Assembly (NCBI RefSeq): GCF_001194135.2
Contig: NC_068990.1
Coordinates: forward strand, 65,158,397-65,222,396
From: Octopus bimaculoides
Taxonomy: Eukaryota
DNA: 64,000 bases
Direction of reading: 5' to 3'
The notes under the pieces are model-generated. The model was given only the letters and a program-made list of their open reading frames with translations. It was not told the origin of the DNA and did not search any database. Made by a program: the position numbers and the translations under genes. Below, piece after piece: positions 10,826 through 22,770 of this stretch. Every line of letters begins with the position of its first letter. Position 1 is the stretch's first letter.

Positions 10826-13031
10826 TGTATATATACATGTGTGCTTCCCTTTCTCTCACACATACACTCACAGACGTGCATACACAGGAAAAGTTGTTAA
10901 GGATTATCAACAAAAACAAAGCTGATAAATATGCACAGGTATTTCAAATTAAGTTTAATTACCAATAAATATCAGATTGGATGACATTTTACTCAACTGA
11001 GTAGAATATGGCCCAGACCGTGATTACCAGCGTGAACGTCAGACTTCAAAAAGTAGTTAACCATTTAATGGTTTTAGTAAATTTATACGGAGAAAGTAAG
11101 CATTATACTGTCCAGCATAAATGAAAGTCAACTTCATTATATTTAAGCCGTTATTTAAATGCGTCAACTTCCAGTATGAATGTTTACATTTTGTATGTTT
11201 TTTTTTCAACAAAAACAAATTCTAAAAAAATTCTGGACCCTAAAGTTTATTTTTATTTTTGCATAAAAAGTGCGTAAATTACATGGGTTTTTACACTATA
11301 TTCAAACTGGGTAGATCCAACCTTTCACACCAATCTTACAATGACATTCTTAAAATAAACAATTATATCATTGAAATCTCACAGCTACAAAAAAATGCAT
11401 GCGAAGGTTAGAAAGGAACAAGGCTAGTAGGCTCCGCAGGATGTATAATGTAAGTGTGCATGTTCAACAGAGTACCAGTGTTCTGAGAGAGAAGTTGGAC
11501 ATAAGAGAAATTTGTTGCTGTGTGCAAGAAAGGAGACTGCGCTGTCATGTAATGCAGATGGATGTTGACAGCTCCATAAAGAAGTGCTGATCTCTCAAAG
11601 TGAATGGAACATGTGGAAGTGGGAGACTCAGGAAGACATGGGATAGTACTGAAGAATGACCTGAGGTAGCTGAACCTTTCAGGCGAGATGACAAAGGACT
11701 GAGATACCTGGTGCCTGGCCCTACTCAAAAAGAGCCATACCCAGCAGCAGTATAAGTGTTAAGACCAACCCTTCTGGTTGTGTAAAGCACTCATGGTGGT
11801 GCCACATAAAAGCACCCATGTGGTGCCACATGAAAGTGCCCATGCAGCGACATGTAAAAATACTTGTGTGGCAACACATAAAAGCATCTGTGTAGCAACA
11901 CATAAAATTACCTGTGTGGTGCCATGTAAAAGCATTTGTGTGATGTTGTGTAAAAGCATCGAGGACATTTTGTAAGGTGATTTGTGTTAGGAAGAGCATC
12001 TAGCTGTAGAAACCAAATCAGACTGGAGTCTGGTGCAGCTTGCCAGCTCTGGTCACACCATTTAACCCATGGCAGCATGGACAACAGATGTTGAAAACTT
12101 CTTTCCACACAGCCACACCTGCACCTATCAATATGTAAGTAATATCTTCTCAGCTCTGTGAGGGATCTCTTTAAGTAATTTTTTTCCCAATTTTTCTATT
12201 TACAGAATGATCCAGGATAGAGAAATAGACTTGGTAATCAATCTGCCAAACCATCAAACAAAATACATCAAGGACAATTATCTCATCAGACGAGCATCCA
12301 TAGACAATGCTGTTCCTTTGATAACGAACTTTGAGGTCAGTCTTGTATTTGTGTCTCTTTTTTCTAATAGGCTGTGGGTTTGATTCTGTGTAATGTTAAT
12401 GTGCATCAACGACCATCACATATGAGCTAAGAGATAAAATAAGTTTGAGAAAAATGAAATGCAAGAGGAAAGCCTGCATTGGTGTGGACATGTGATGAGT
12501 GGCAGCTGGGTAAAAATGTTCCTGGAGTTTCAAATGGAAGGTATTTGCAGAAGAAAAAAGAGAGCTGAGAAAACATGACAAAACTCAATGAAAATTGACC
12601 ATGGGATACTGGACATTTCGAAAGTGATGATCAGTAACTTAGACAAGTGGCAACATACTATGTTTGAGAGAAATGTATACTACCCCTACAAGCATGAAAA
12701 AATAGATGTAAAAATTATGATAGTGACGATGATTAGTAATAGTAAACAAAAAGGGGTTCATAGATAAAAAAAACCGGTTTAGACCCATTGCTCTAACACT
12801 TCTGCCAATAAAACTTTTAAACCAAAGAACATGTCATGTTAATGATTTTGGCGATGGAATATAATCGTTTGGTTAATATATTTCTCTAAAACAAACCTGA
12901 TTTCTATTTATTTTGTATCTTTTCAGGTTGTCAAGCTGTTGGTTGAGGCACTCGACTATGTTGGTGATATGAAAGCTACAAGCCTGTTTGATTACCGCAA
13001 CCCAAAAGCAAAACAGAGACAAGCTGATTAG
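1648..13031 (+). CDS. CPS1: Carbamoyl-phosphate synthetase (CPS1/CPS III type), 3' part; join(1648-1869,2463-2570,3039-3128,3943-4113,6523-6597,8893-9057,9646-9758,12206-12335,12927-13031); 5' exons lie upstream of the window
   Basis: Nine exons with AG acceptors and GT donors splice in frame into 392 codons plus TAG. Hallmark CPS large-chain motifs: [92 protein letters not shown]. The protein stops after the MGS-like domain, so it is not CAD. Confidence 0.95.
1925..2460. repeat. About 530 bp low-complexity polypyrimidine (T/C) tract filling a CPS intron
   Basis: Direct composition; explains the spurious Phe-rich ORF 2035-2565. Confidence 0.85.
2463..2570 (+). CDS. CPS1: CPS exon VVSHAICEH...EVLKN (36 codons)
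   Basis: tacAG|gtt; aat|GTaagt at 2571. Confidence 0.95.
3039..3128 (+). CDS. CPS1: CPS exon IRESTAK...ENSVK (30 codons)
   Basis: ttccAG|atc; aag|GTaatt at 3129. Confidence 0.95.
3290..3545 (-). mobile_element. RTE-type 3' tail / SINE, reverse orientation
   Basis: catcatcatcgtttaacatccgctttccatgct...ccttcctaatgccaaccactc is the reverse complement of the tail consensus. Confidence 0.8.
3943..4113 (+). CDS. CPS1: CPS exon [11 protein letters not shown]...YVGIK (57 codons)
   Basis: ttacAG|gtg; aag|GTatgg at 4114. Confidence 0.95.
4421..4640. mobile_element. TTAA-flanked MITE (piggyBac-like non-autonomous)
   Basis: ttaa-cccttt at 4421 and aaaggg-ttaa at 4631-4640. Confidence 0.65.
4690..4910 (-). 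pseudogene. Possible highly degraded Penelope-like RT thumb fragment
   Basis: Minus strand gives [25 protein letters not shown], resembling LPFLDVLISR...TxVYRKPTHTG. Confidence 0.3.
6523..6597 (+). CDS. CPS1: CPS exon APMFSWPRL...MASTGE (25 codons)
   Basis: ctacAG|gcg; gaa|GTgagt at 6598. Confidence 0.95.
6661..7041 (+). mobile_element. tRNA-derived SINE, full length
   Basis: tRNA-like head with A-box (tagtggtagggcagtgg) and B-box (ggtttcgattccc); the same head recurs inverted at 58010-58205. Confidence 0.8.
7541..8207 (+). mobile_element. Three tandem copies of a roughly 220 bp SINE-like element separated by (att)n
   Basis: Units at about 7541-7760, 7772-7975 and 7988-8207 share gcagaattgttagc...ctgagttcaaatt...gactttgcctttcatcc...aataagtacca...tttgaaac. 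Confidence 0.8.
8893..9057 (+). CDS. CPS1: CPS exon VACFGSTK...DLGYK (55 codons)
   Basis: atcAG|gtt; aag|GTatgt at 9058. Confidence 0.95.
9646..9758 (+). CDS. CPS1: CPS exon [11 protein letters not shown]...PVAT(K), 113 nt, ends in phase 2
   Basis: tgaAG|ctg; aa|GTaagc at 9759. Confidence 0.92.
10111..11296. mobile_element. Non-autonomous Tc1/pogo-like element (TA TSD) nested in a TTAA-MITE and carrying microsatellites
   Basis: Left end ctgtaaaaacccatgtaattt (10111), right end aaattacatgggtttttacac (to 11296), TA on both sides; flanks rejoin into a ttaacccttt-initiated MITE starting at 10056. Confidence 0.7.
11399..12095 (+). mobile_element. RTE LINE 3' end (RT C-terminus plus 3' tail with minisatellite)
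   Basis: [19 protein letters not shown]...VLREKLDIR...VQERRLR..HVMQMD..S.IKKC matches the RTE RT C-terminus; followed by repeats of tgtggtgccacataaaagca and the tail consensus. Confidence 0.8.
12206..12335 (+). CDS. CPS1: CPS exon (K)[15 protein letters not shown]...LITNFE, 130 nt
   Basis: tacAG|a; gag|GTcagt at 12336; phase-compatible with the previous exon. Confidence 0.95.
12927..13031 (+). CDS. CPS1: CPS last coding exon VVKLLVEAL...KQRQAD*
   Basis: ttcAG|gtt; TAG at 13029-13031. Confidence 0.93.
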   Translation, partial: VVKLLVEALDYVGDMKATSLFDYRNPKAKQRQAD

Positions 13032-13220
13032 CTGACTAAGAACAAAAACTAACTCTTCTCAAACATCACTATAAGGATTCATTCAAACTATTGAATGTCA
13101 GGGACACAACTTAAAATACACAGCTATTCTTCTCCTAATCTCGATAAACTGTTTTTAAATTCTACTTCAAGAACACAGCTCCAATATCCTATGTATTCTA
13201 TTTTATAATGGATTACATAC

Positions 13221-13257
<37 letters not shown>

Positions 13258-13338
13258 NNNNNNNNNNNNNNNNNNNNNNNNNNNNNNNNNNNNNNNNNNN
13301 NNNNNNNNNNNNNNNNNNNNNNNNNNNNNNNNNNNNNA

Positions 13339-13410
13339 ATATTGAAGAAAATCATATCTTTATTTTAGATCTCACCTTATAAATCTGACAACTGTTTCAA
13401 TTACATTAAC

Positions 13411-13459
<49 letters not shown>

Positions 13460-15979
13460 CACACATACATGTACATATTTATAATCAAAAAATAAGCAAC
13501 ATGTGTTGCTTATTTTTTGATTTTGACCACCTATCCTTTTGGGATACGATATTCGGGTGCCTACGCATAAGTACCATATTCAACCTTGAATGTACATATT
13601 TATATATAGAAAATATCATTAAATAATAATATCCTTGAAAATATATGTTAATGCAACATTATCAAGGTTATCCAAAATTAGTGAAATTCCAACTGAATAT
13701 CTGAAAAAATTAGCAGTTAATAAACACTAAGAAAAAGAAATGCCTAAATTGAATTCAACCTAAGACATTCTTTCATTCAACTCATCGTAACATTGTTGGG
13801 TAATAAAATTCTTTTATAAAAAATAAAAATGAAATCAAAAATAGATGTATTTAAGAAAAGTCATTCAACTATTGGTAACATCAATGAATGATGAAATCAA
13901 CATAGAAAAATAACCTAAAACTGAGTATTTTTGTATACAATTTTTAATGTCACTGGATAACTAAAGAATTCTACATAATGCTTTAATAGAAACTTGGATA
14001 CTTTACATCACAATAATTAGCTATCTATTTGCTCATTATATTAAACCTTTTGTAAGAATTAACATTATTATATAATAATTGAAAAATTATTATAATTAAA
14101 TATTTGAATGTCTTTCTAAATTTATGGCAACATCTTAATGTGTCTGTTAAAATTCAATAAAATTACTTTAGAAGTAATTATATAATACATTTCTTCAAGG
14201 TAAAGATCACATGTAGGATTACCAATATTGTATTATGATGCATAACTAATAATGGACCACTTTAAATCAGTCTTAATGTTCTTATCCTTTAAATCCCAAA
14301 TGCATTTACTAAGATTTGTAGAATTACTTTTTCTTCTATGCTCAAAGGAATTAGAATAATAAAATCTAGATTTCCAAATTGTGGCAGATGAACCAATATA
14401 ATAATACCTACAATCTCCAGTTATCCACTGATATACTATATTTTTCTTTAAACTGATTTTCTAAAAGGCATACAATTTTGTTTAGACAATTACACATGGA
14501 TTTATTCACTTGTATTTGGTACTCATAATTAAAAGATTTTTCCATAAGTACTCCTCTGCAAATTAGGTGGGATTATTACTATTACAATTAATATTAATGC
14601 AAGGTGAAAGCCTAACTGTTTTATCAGAGCTGTGATCAGTTATAGAACCGAGACCTTGTTCAGAAAGAGTATCATTAAAGTTAATTTCACTATACACATT
14701 ATCTGTTCTACTTTTATTTATAGATTTAAAATTTAGATATTCCCTAATTTTCTGTTTATTGTGTGCTGCAATAATCCTAGCTAAATTACTAGTGATTGAA
14801 TATGAAAACTTTACACTATATCTATTAAATTTCTCATATTTACTTGAAGGTGGGAAATACCTATCTAGTGCTGCAAAGAATTTACGAGGGCTATTAGAAG
14901 CTATTGAATACAAGAATAGAGCATTATACCATATATTTGTTGATCTATTCTTTTTGTTATTAATATATACTTCTTCGTCAGATTACTTTTATTAAAATTG
15001 AATTTTTTCCTATTGTAATTTTTATTCCTAAATTTGTTATTACTATTATTACTATTATCATTAATATTCATACCAACCACATGTTTAGTATCTATAGATT
15101 TATATCTATACTTAATAATATGTCCATTTTCAATACCTAGTTTATTGTCTATCACATTTGTATCATTATTGCTCTTTCTTTTATTTAGCTTGTTAAAAAA
15201 GATGTCTAATGCATTTATTTCTAACTCTTTAGTTTTATTATCCTCCCTATTAATTTTCAGCTTATTGAAAATTCTATCATTTTCTGGAATTTTATTATTA
15301 TGATTTTGGATATAGTAAATTTTATTTTTATATCCAGCTTCAAATAATGTATGGTTCTAGTAATTTTGATTTTATTTAAATACATCCTCATTAGCCAAAA
15401 GCCTCGAAATATGAGTAGATATATTTTTAATGATAGAATTTATTATGCTCCTTGGATGATTAGAATTTTTATTTACATATCTTAAGCATTCATTAGGCTT
15501 ATGATAAAGTTGGTATAGCTCAGCACTTAAATCAAGAATATCAAAGAAGTTAACCTTAGTATAGACATTTTCTATAGTGATAGAAAGATCAAGACGCTTA
15601 AAGAATTTTGAAAGATTTTTTCCAGACCTTTCTAAATTAACCATATTAGAACTATGTATTGTGAAAAGAGCATCATCTCTATATAATCCACCTCCCAATT
15701 CAGGAAATTCATTATCTGTACATTATATTTTTATAAAACAATTTCATTATCCAATGGAGTGTTTTAGGTTGAATTGTTAGTGTTTATTAACTGCTAATTT
15801 TTTCAGATGTTCATGTTGTATTAACATGTATTTTCAAGGATATTATTATTAATTTTAATGATCTTTTCTATATATATAAAAATATTTACACGTATGCATG
15901 TATATAATTTTAATGCAATTGAAACAATTGTCGGATTTATAAGGTGAGATCGAAAATAAAGATATGATTTTCTTCATAT
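13339..15979 (-). mobile_element. Penelope-like element (RT plus GIY-YIG endonuclease), 5'-truncated and degenerate, with inverted terminal repeats
   Basis: Minus strand: GGGLYRDDALF (RT motif), KPNECLRYVNKNSNHPRSII, KFNRYSVKFSYS..NLARIIAAHN, and GIY-YIG-like NIVYQ...YIGSSATIWKSRF...NSTNLSKCIWDLKDK. Termini 13339-13766 and 15761-15979 are inverted copies. Confidence 0.85.
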
Positions 15980-17144
15980 GCAATTTTTTGTTGTTAAATA
16001 CTTTGAATTTCTCAAATTTCTACAAAAGGATTGTTGGATTTACCTGGGATATGTATTCTACTTACATTTACTGGTATCTGATTAAACATTTAACCAAGTT
16101 CTTTTAATACTGAGTTCTTTACTGATATCTGCCAGGATTTTTTTAAAATCCCATTTTTTCTTTTAACTATATATATACATAAAAGTAAGAAACTCAGTGT
16201 AGACACAGTATGGAACATCAGATTTGAACAAATAAACTTTGCTGCATATATTAATGTTTCTCCTGTTTATACATCCACGTGTGTTTTTGCCTGTCAGTAT
16301 TGTTGCACCATGTGTGACCTCCCGACACCACCAATCGACTCCAACAGTCTGTATTCTGTAGCTCAGATAACGTCAGCGAGTTAACTTGCTTAGAGCAGAA
16401 GAAACAGTAGTTACAGAAGTCAGAAGAGTTGACAATAACAAACAAAACCATTGAGTATTAGCAAACTACAAGAACTTTAAGTAAGAAGTGAATAAACATT
16501 TATAGAATAAATAGTTCTTTAGAGAGTTCTTTTATTTACCTTTGAAATATGTAGACGTCTTTTGGTGAACTCTTCTTTTATTCACCAGTCTAATGATTTA
16601 TTTTCTACCGCTTTTTTTTTTTTAATCTTTTCTTTCAACTAGATTATGTTATTACTTCCGAATTCACATTAGTCCAGTAATCATTCCGCATTCTTTATAT
16701 TGCCAAGTTCACTGGTCACATTAACTACAGACATTCACTGTCACATCGAACTAACTTTGTTCTCCTCGCAGCAAAGTTAACATTTACCACTGACATTCAC
16801 CATCACAATACATATTCCACTTCTGACATCAATTACTGTGGCAACTATTCAACATGAACTGCCTCACATCGACTGCATGGCACTGACTGTGAACCAGCTA
16901 TTCACATAAACCACTCACATTGACTTCACATCGACTTTCAGCACACTCCGAACCAACTGCTTCACACATTAACTCCCAGTACAGACTAACTCTTCATGTA
17001 TTCAATAGTAGTACACAGTAAAGAGCACACCAAATCATACCACCTGCATTTTAAACAGTCATTGTTTTCATCTTCGCTTGCAAAACCAGAGAGTGGTGTT
17101 CTTATTTGCATTGTACGAATGAGAAATTATCTGAATCGCTAAAC

Positions 17145-17335
17145 TGGCCTTCGTGCCGGTGGCACGTAAAAGCACCCACTACACTCTGAGTGGTTGGCGT
17201 TAGGAAGGGCATCCAGCTGTAGAAACTCTGCCAAATCAGATTGGAGCCTGGTGCAGCCATCTGGTTCACCAGTCCTCAGTCAAATCATCCAACCCATACT
17301 AGCATGGAAAGCGGACGTTAAACAACGATGATGAA
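17145..17335 (+). mobile_element. RTE-type 3' tail / SINE
   Basis: Near-consensus copy: tggccttcgtgccggtggcacgtaaaagcaccc...gcggacgttaaac. Confidence 0.85.
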
Positions 17336-17459
17336 CTGTATAAATATGTGTGTCTGTGTATATATATATATATGTGTGTGTGTATGTGTGTGTGTGTGTA
17401 ATTGCTTCCTCTGAAAGCATAGCTGCTTATACATCACAATTGAATGGGGAAAGTTCAAA

Positions 17460-17900
17460 GAGCATATTACCTTTCTTGGTAATAACCTCTTTTCAGAATG
17501 AAAAGTAGATTGAATGATGCTTGTGTATGAACAGCTATGCTACATGGTCAGGTCTGGACCGTAAGTACAGAGAACTTGTGAAGACTTGAGAGAAATGAAG
17601 CTAGCATACTCTGTTGGATGTGCAATGTCGGCATGCGTGTTCAGCAAAGTGTAAATGTGTTGCAAAAATAACTGGGCCAAAGAAGCACCAGAAGTGGTGT
17701 GCAATAGAGATGACTGTGCTGATATGGTCATGTTATGTACGTATACAGATGAGGATCGGCCACATAAAGAAGTGCATGTCTCTAAATATGGATGGAACCT
17801 GTGGAGGAAGGCATAGGACAATGTGGTGAAAAATGTTGAACCTCACTGATGACAAAGGACCGAGGTGATTAGGAATTTGCTGTGCTTGAGAAGAACTATC
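17460..17900 (+). pseudogene. RTE LINE RT C-terminal fragment
   Basis: Homologous to 11399-11735 (LERNEASILCWMCNV...CMSLNMDGTCGGGRHRTMW); ends in tttgctgtgcttgagaaga. Confidence 0.75.
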
Positions 17901-18348
17901 CATCTAAGTAAAAACAAAACCCTAAAAGCACATTGTTCATGTCTAAGCCCACCACCCCTCCCTCTCTCCATTCATGTTCACCAATCATGGCATTCCCCTC
18001 CTCTCTATCTCCCACTCACACAAACTTACCTGCACACAATTTCTTCTGTTCCTCATCTTCCTAATCCTTATCTCCCTCCTTCCATGTTCTCTCACTACAT
18101 TCCCTTTCGCATTATTTTTCACACTTGCACAAACTTTCCTGACTGCTTACTCTTTCAAGGAAGTTTGAACAATGCAATGTCTCTATCAAACCAAAAAGTG
18201 AGAGAGAAAAAGAAAAAAACAGAATAGCTTTTAAAATCAAGGATGGTGAAGTGATATTAGACCATAATTAGTTAGGGACAGACAGAAATAAATATTATGT
18301 CTTATACAAAGGACATAAAATTACATACAAACAGATTCATGTGAGCAT

Positions 18349-18390
<42 letters not shown>

Positions 18391-21300
18391 CCATATATAG
18401 AAGTACATACACATGTATACCTATGTGTTGATATATACACATGCATATATACACGTGTCTGTGTGTGTGTAGTTTCTTTTTTTTCTTCCTGAAATACTGT
18501 AAATCTCTGTCTTTCTCTTGATGAAAGGGTGTGTTTTAAGAGAGATTTGGCTGCTATTTGTAGTAGATCAAGTTACTACAGAGATACCTGTGTTTTGTTG
18601 TGGTGAAAAAAAACTTTTCTCAGAATATTTTGCACAATAATTTTTAAAGAAATTTGAACATCTAACCATTCAACTTCAAATTACAATTGTTAATAGTTGG
18701 AAGTCAAAGAGACTGAGATGTACATGTAGTGTTATCGTACAGAGTGAAAGTTCAATACAAAGCTTTCAATTCATTAACTTGTGGTTAGTAATCAATTACC
18801 TTAGATTTGAAGCCATTAAGTCCGAGAAACATTATTTTACTGGATTTAGTCTTTTAACTGTCACCATGATGGAGTATCACCTTTAAAAATTTAATTGATC
18901 ATACTGACCTCAGTACGTATCTGAATCTGGTATTTATTTTATATGTCTCTTCTTGATGAACTGCTAACTTTGAGACATAGTGGGACACAATACTTGATTT
19001 AACAGCAAATGTAAACACACACATTAGGTGCAAGAATGATTGTGTGGCTGAGAAGATTACTTCCCAATCACATGGTTTCATATTCAGTACTGCTGCATGG
19101 TACCTTGAGTAAGTGATTTCTACTATAGCCCTAGACCAACCACAGACTTGTGACTGAATTTGATAGATGGAAACTGCAACGTTGTTCATCAGAAAATGAC
19201 TGAAAAACGTGTTTATAAAGAAGAGTTCTTTGCTTCATACTCCTCATGTGCTGATTCTGCCCATAAGAAAGGAACAGATAATACAATGTGGTTGTAGGTC
19301 ATAACACCTGGGCAAAACCAGGGTGCATTGCTAGTAACATCATAAATTATATCTTTACACGCGTTTCACTAGTATACTGTATGGTAATCATTATAGAGAT
19401 GATTGCGTAATCACCTTGAAATGTCAGATCTTCACAAGAAAATAGTAATATTTAATCTATTTTTATTACTTTCCTCAGATCTCAGATGGTATGCAGGACT
19501 AAACGAGAACTGCCATTTAACAGGCTGATAAATAAAAATAGATTAAATAATTATTTTCTTCTAAAGACCTGGCATTTCTAGGTGGTTATGCAATTGTCTA
19601 TATAATGATTACCCAACAACAGACTTGTATGCTGTTAGTGAAATGTGTGAAGATTATGTAATTTATATTACAATAACAAGTTCAACTTAATCTTCAGCTT
19701 TATTATGCTCGCAGATATATACCACAAATCATTCAAATGTATCGAGAAAAAATTGATAGATTTATGACCAGAGTGTTCCATGTGTGACTGTCTTGTTTGT
19801 TTTCAGAGATGGTCACTAAATCTTGTCTTTATTCAAGTAGGAAACTTTGGTTTGCTACTCAGATAACCATTGTCTCCCCATGCTAGTACTAGCTGCAAAA
19901 TAAGACTAATACAAGATAATGGTGATTAAGACAAATGTAAGATAATGGTGATTAAGAGATGTGTCAACAAATCACAAGTTATACCAGTAAACAACAACTT
20001 TATTATCAATGAATTACAGTAAATTTGGAACCTTTAGATATGATAAATGATTTATATTTTACAAACCTAATAACTGAAGTCATTTGTATTTACTAGAATA
20101 TGAATATTCCATCTAACTCTATTTATAAACGAATGAGTTTTCTGGATAAGCTGCTTAATATAAACTTTTTTTTGGTGGAATAGGGATGTCCTTCATGGAT
20201 GCGTTGATGTTAAAAAACTCCATTGGCAATGGTTAAATAGCTGTTTCTACTATAATACAAGAGGCTGTATACATGTTTTTATATAATGATATCTACCAAA
20301 TGTATTGGTAAGATAAAACATGCAATCAATACCAAAATAGCAAAAATCCGTCTGCAAAGGTCTATAATAAACTCCTTATGAATCGATCTCCTTGGTTTCA
20401 TGGGTTTTGATTGATTTCTTCTGTTCTTGGGATAATAAAGGTTAAATTACTTTTATGGATTGTCAACTTAGTATTGAGCAGTGAGCCCATGCTTACATCT
20501 GGACAAAGTAATAAAAATGTTGATGTGCAAAATATAGAAATATGAATAAAAATGAGAACCCAATGGGATTTGAACACACATATCTTAGTCAATAATTAGA
20601 TGTTAATAACATTTACTAGTGTGAGAATATAATTTACTTTTCATTTTGATATCTTTACACTTCATTTATTGGTTTTTAGGAGTTTTGTGCATCCTTCACA
20701 CTTGTTTTAGTAGTTTTGATAGTTACATTGAACTTAGATAACAAAACCTGGTCATAATTATTTGGTCAAAAAAAAAAAAAAAATCTGCATTGGAACTAGT
20801 GACACTTTTCTTTGATTGCTCAGATAATTTTAAGAAACATATACATATAGTTTTATTATGATCAATAAGTTTGACAAATTAAATTTATTGACAATTAATT
20901 TAGAATTGAGCACCAAATGCAAGTTTTATAATTAAACAAAGTCTTGGTGTGTGTCTAAAGAGTACATGAAAGATTATGAGCAAGAAAGAAGAAATGTTCC
21001 AAAACCAGTTTGTGTTTGAAAATTTAGTGAAAATCAAAGTTTGGGGAGAAGTTTTATATTTGTGAAAACAGCAATAAGCCACACAGACTTTATTGTGAAC
21101 ATGTAGTATAGTTGTAATTACACCAAGATGTTAAAAGATAGACAAACTCCATTACCCTCCACATTTTATATCTAGTAAACTTCTGTGTAATCCTGCTGCT
21201 TTTCTTACATACAAAAAGCATAATCTGCTGAAAATTAAATGAGACAATTGCAGCATTGTTAGAATATATAGGATGTCTTATTGAAGGAAATTTAGAAAGG

Positions 21301-21479
21301 TAAGTGTATTTTGCTACAGACCAAAATATTCAGATATCACTGTAGGAATTGTAATAGTAGCCAAGCCACAGTGATCATCAATTGGCTGTTGAGGAGAGAA
21401 ATGTTAATAAAATATAGATTACAAATTGAGATTATAAACATTACAATAAAGTTAAAAACTTGAAAATATTTTAATTGAG

Positions 21480-21548
21480 ACTCCAAAGTTGTCTGACAGG
21501 GATATCCTGAAGGTAAAGCAATCAGAAAGTAAAAGGTGGTAAGATGAT
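21480..21548 (+). pseudogene. Degenerate death-domain exon 1 of a + strand ankyrin-RING-DD paralogue
   Basis: gAG|act...; TPKLSDRDILKVKQSESKRW*DD; homologous to the minus-strand exon 40883-40954, and the downstream intron 21549-21880 is homologous to the reverse complement of 40480-40882. Confidence 0.55.
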
Positions 21549-21914
21549 GTGTACAAAATAATAGTACTTAGTTGATTTCTATATATTTTACCTTTGTTTG
21601 TAAGACTGACTGAGGACAGGTTCTATTCCTACTTTCCATTTGGAGGGTTAGATCTAAAATAATTTTACTAAAGATAGCTATATTACTGAAATATAAAATA
21701 TCCATCAAGGTTAGCATTAGTTGGTAGTATGGATAAATTAGAAGTTAATATTGTCTTCTGGGACAGTAAACAAAAAAAATATGATTGTGTACAGTTCAAC
21801 AGGCAATGTCTTTATTGGTTTTCATTTCCCCCAAGTTTATGACATGTAGTATAGCAGTAATTATACTGAGATGTTAACAAAAGAACATGGATTCCAATCC
21901 CACCCACCTGCTCA

Positions 21915-22770
21915 GATGATTATCTTTCATCGTAGACAGCCTGGGGAGATGGCAGTAGGGTGGTAAGTATTAGCAGCTTCAGATGCACCTGTTAGGAAGA
22001 ACCTAGAGAAAGCTGTGATCAATGATAAGGAGAAATACCTCCAGGGATTCCTGACAGGGAGGGCAGAATGAGAATCCCAATCACACAGACCAACTGGTAA
22101 CAACAAATCAACAATGGATTTGGACTGTATTTGTGGAAAGATTTGTAAGGACCTGTGGGATCTGAATATCCACCAGGTCAAAACAAAATATGTGGAGGTG
22201 GTGCATATACCTCAGCAAAATACTTCTAAGATGTAGGAGGAATCAGGGCCGGAGTCATCCACAGTTCCTACAACTACCAGATGTTGCAATCCCCTGACCC
22301 AAGCAGAGTAACAGAGCATCATCAGAAGTGAACTTGAGCTAACAAGGAGATGGATGCTAATCATCCCCTTCAGGTAATGACCATTATACTCATTAGTCCG
22401 GCAGCTGAAAGGTTTAGACAGGAGGAGAAAGTAAAAGTGAAGCCTCTCTGTTATGAGTAATAGAGCCAACAGAATTGTCCAATCGAGAAGAGAGCTTAAG
22501 AGCTTCGGAAGGGCAGTTTAAGAAAGTGAGAGAGAAGAGAAGACCTCTAATGGACTTGTGAAGTATATACTTTACAAGAAGCTTATTATGCTGAGGAGGG
22601 ATAACAAGGGAAACAGCAGAATGAGAGAGCCAGGAAGCAAGCTGCTGGAGTAGAAGCACAGTGGTTAACTCATCTATTCCAAAGGCAAGATTAACGTTCA
22701 CTTCAGAGGCATTTTAATGATGATTCCAGAGACGAAGGCCGAGGACACCACAGGTCCTTGATTAATCCAC
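21915..22770 (+). mobile_element. HERO/NeSL (R2-group) non-LTR retrotransposon, degenerate 5' fragment
   Basis: Zinc-finger-like CICGKICKDLWDLNIHQVKTKY at 22126 and RQFKKVREKRRPLMDL*SILYKKLIMLRR; both resemble the N-terminal region of HERO-like ORFs; no RT present. Confidence 0.55.

Noticed and set aside
11770-11960. CRISPR-like repeat array
   Set aside because: Eukaryotic DNA; degenerate repeats with no unique equal-length spacers and no cas genes; it is an RTE-tail minisatellite.
13770-13800. Hammerhead ribozyme in the PLE terminal repeat (minus strand cgatgagttgaatgaaag)
   Set aside because: The core deviates from CUGANGA...GAAA and the stems could not be built by eye; an Infernal search would be needed.
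16250-17000. LTR-like segment followed by degenerate acatcgact-type repeats
   Set aside because: No second LTR, PBS, TSD or coding remnant was found, so it is left unclassified.
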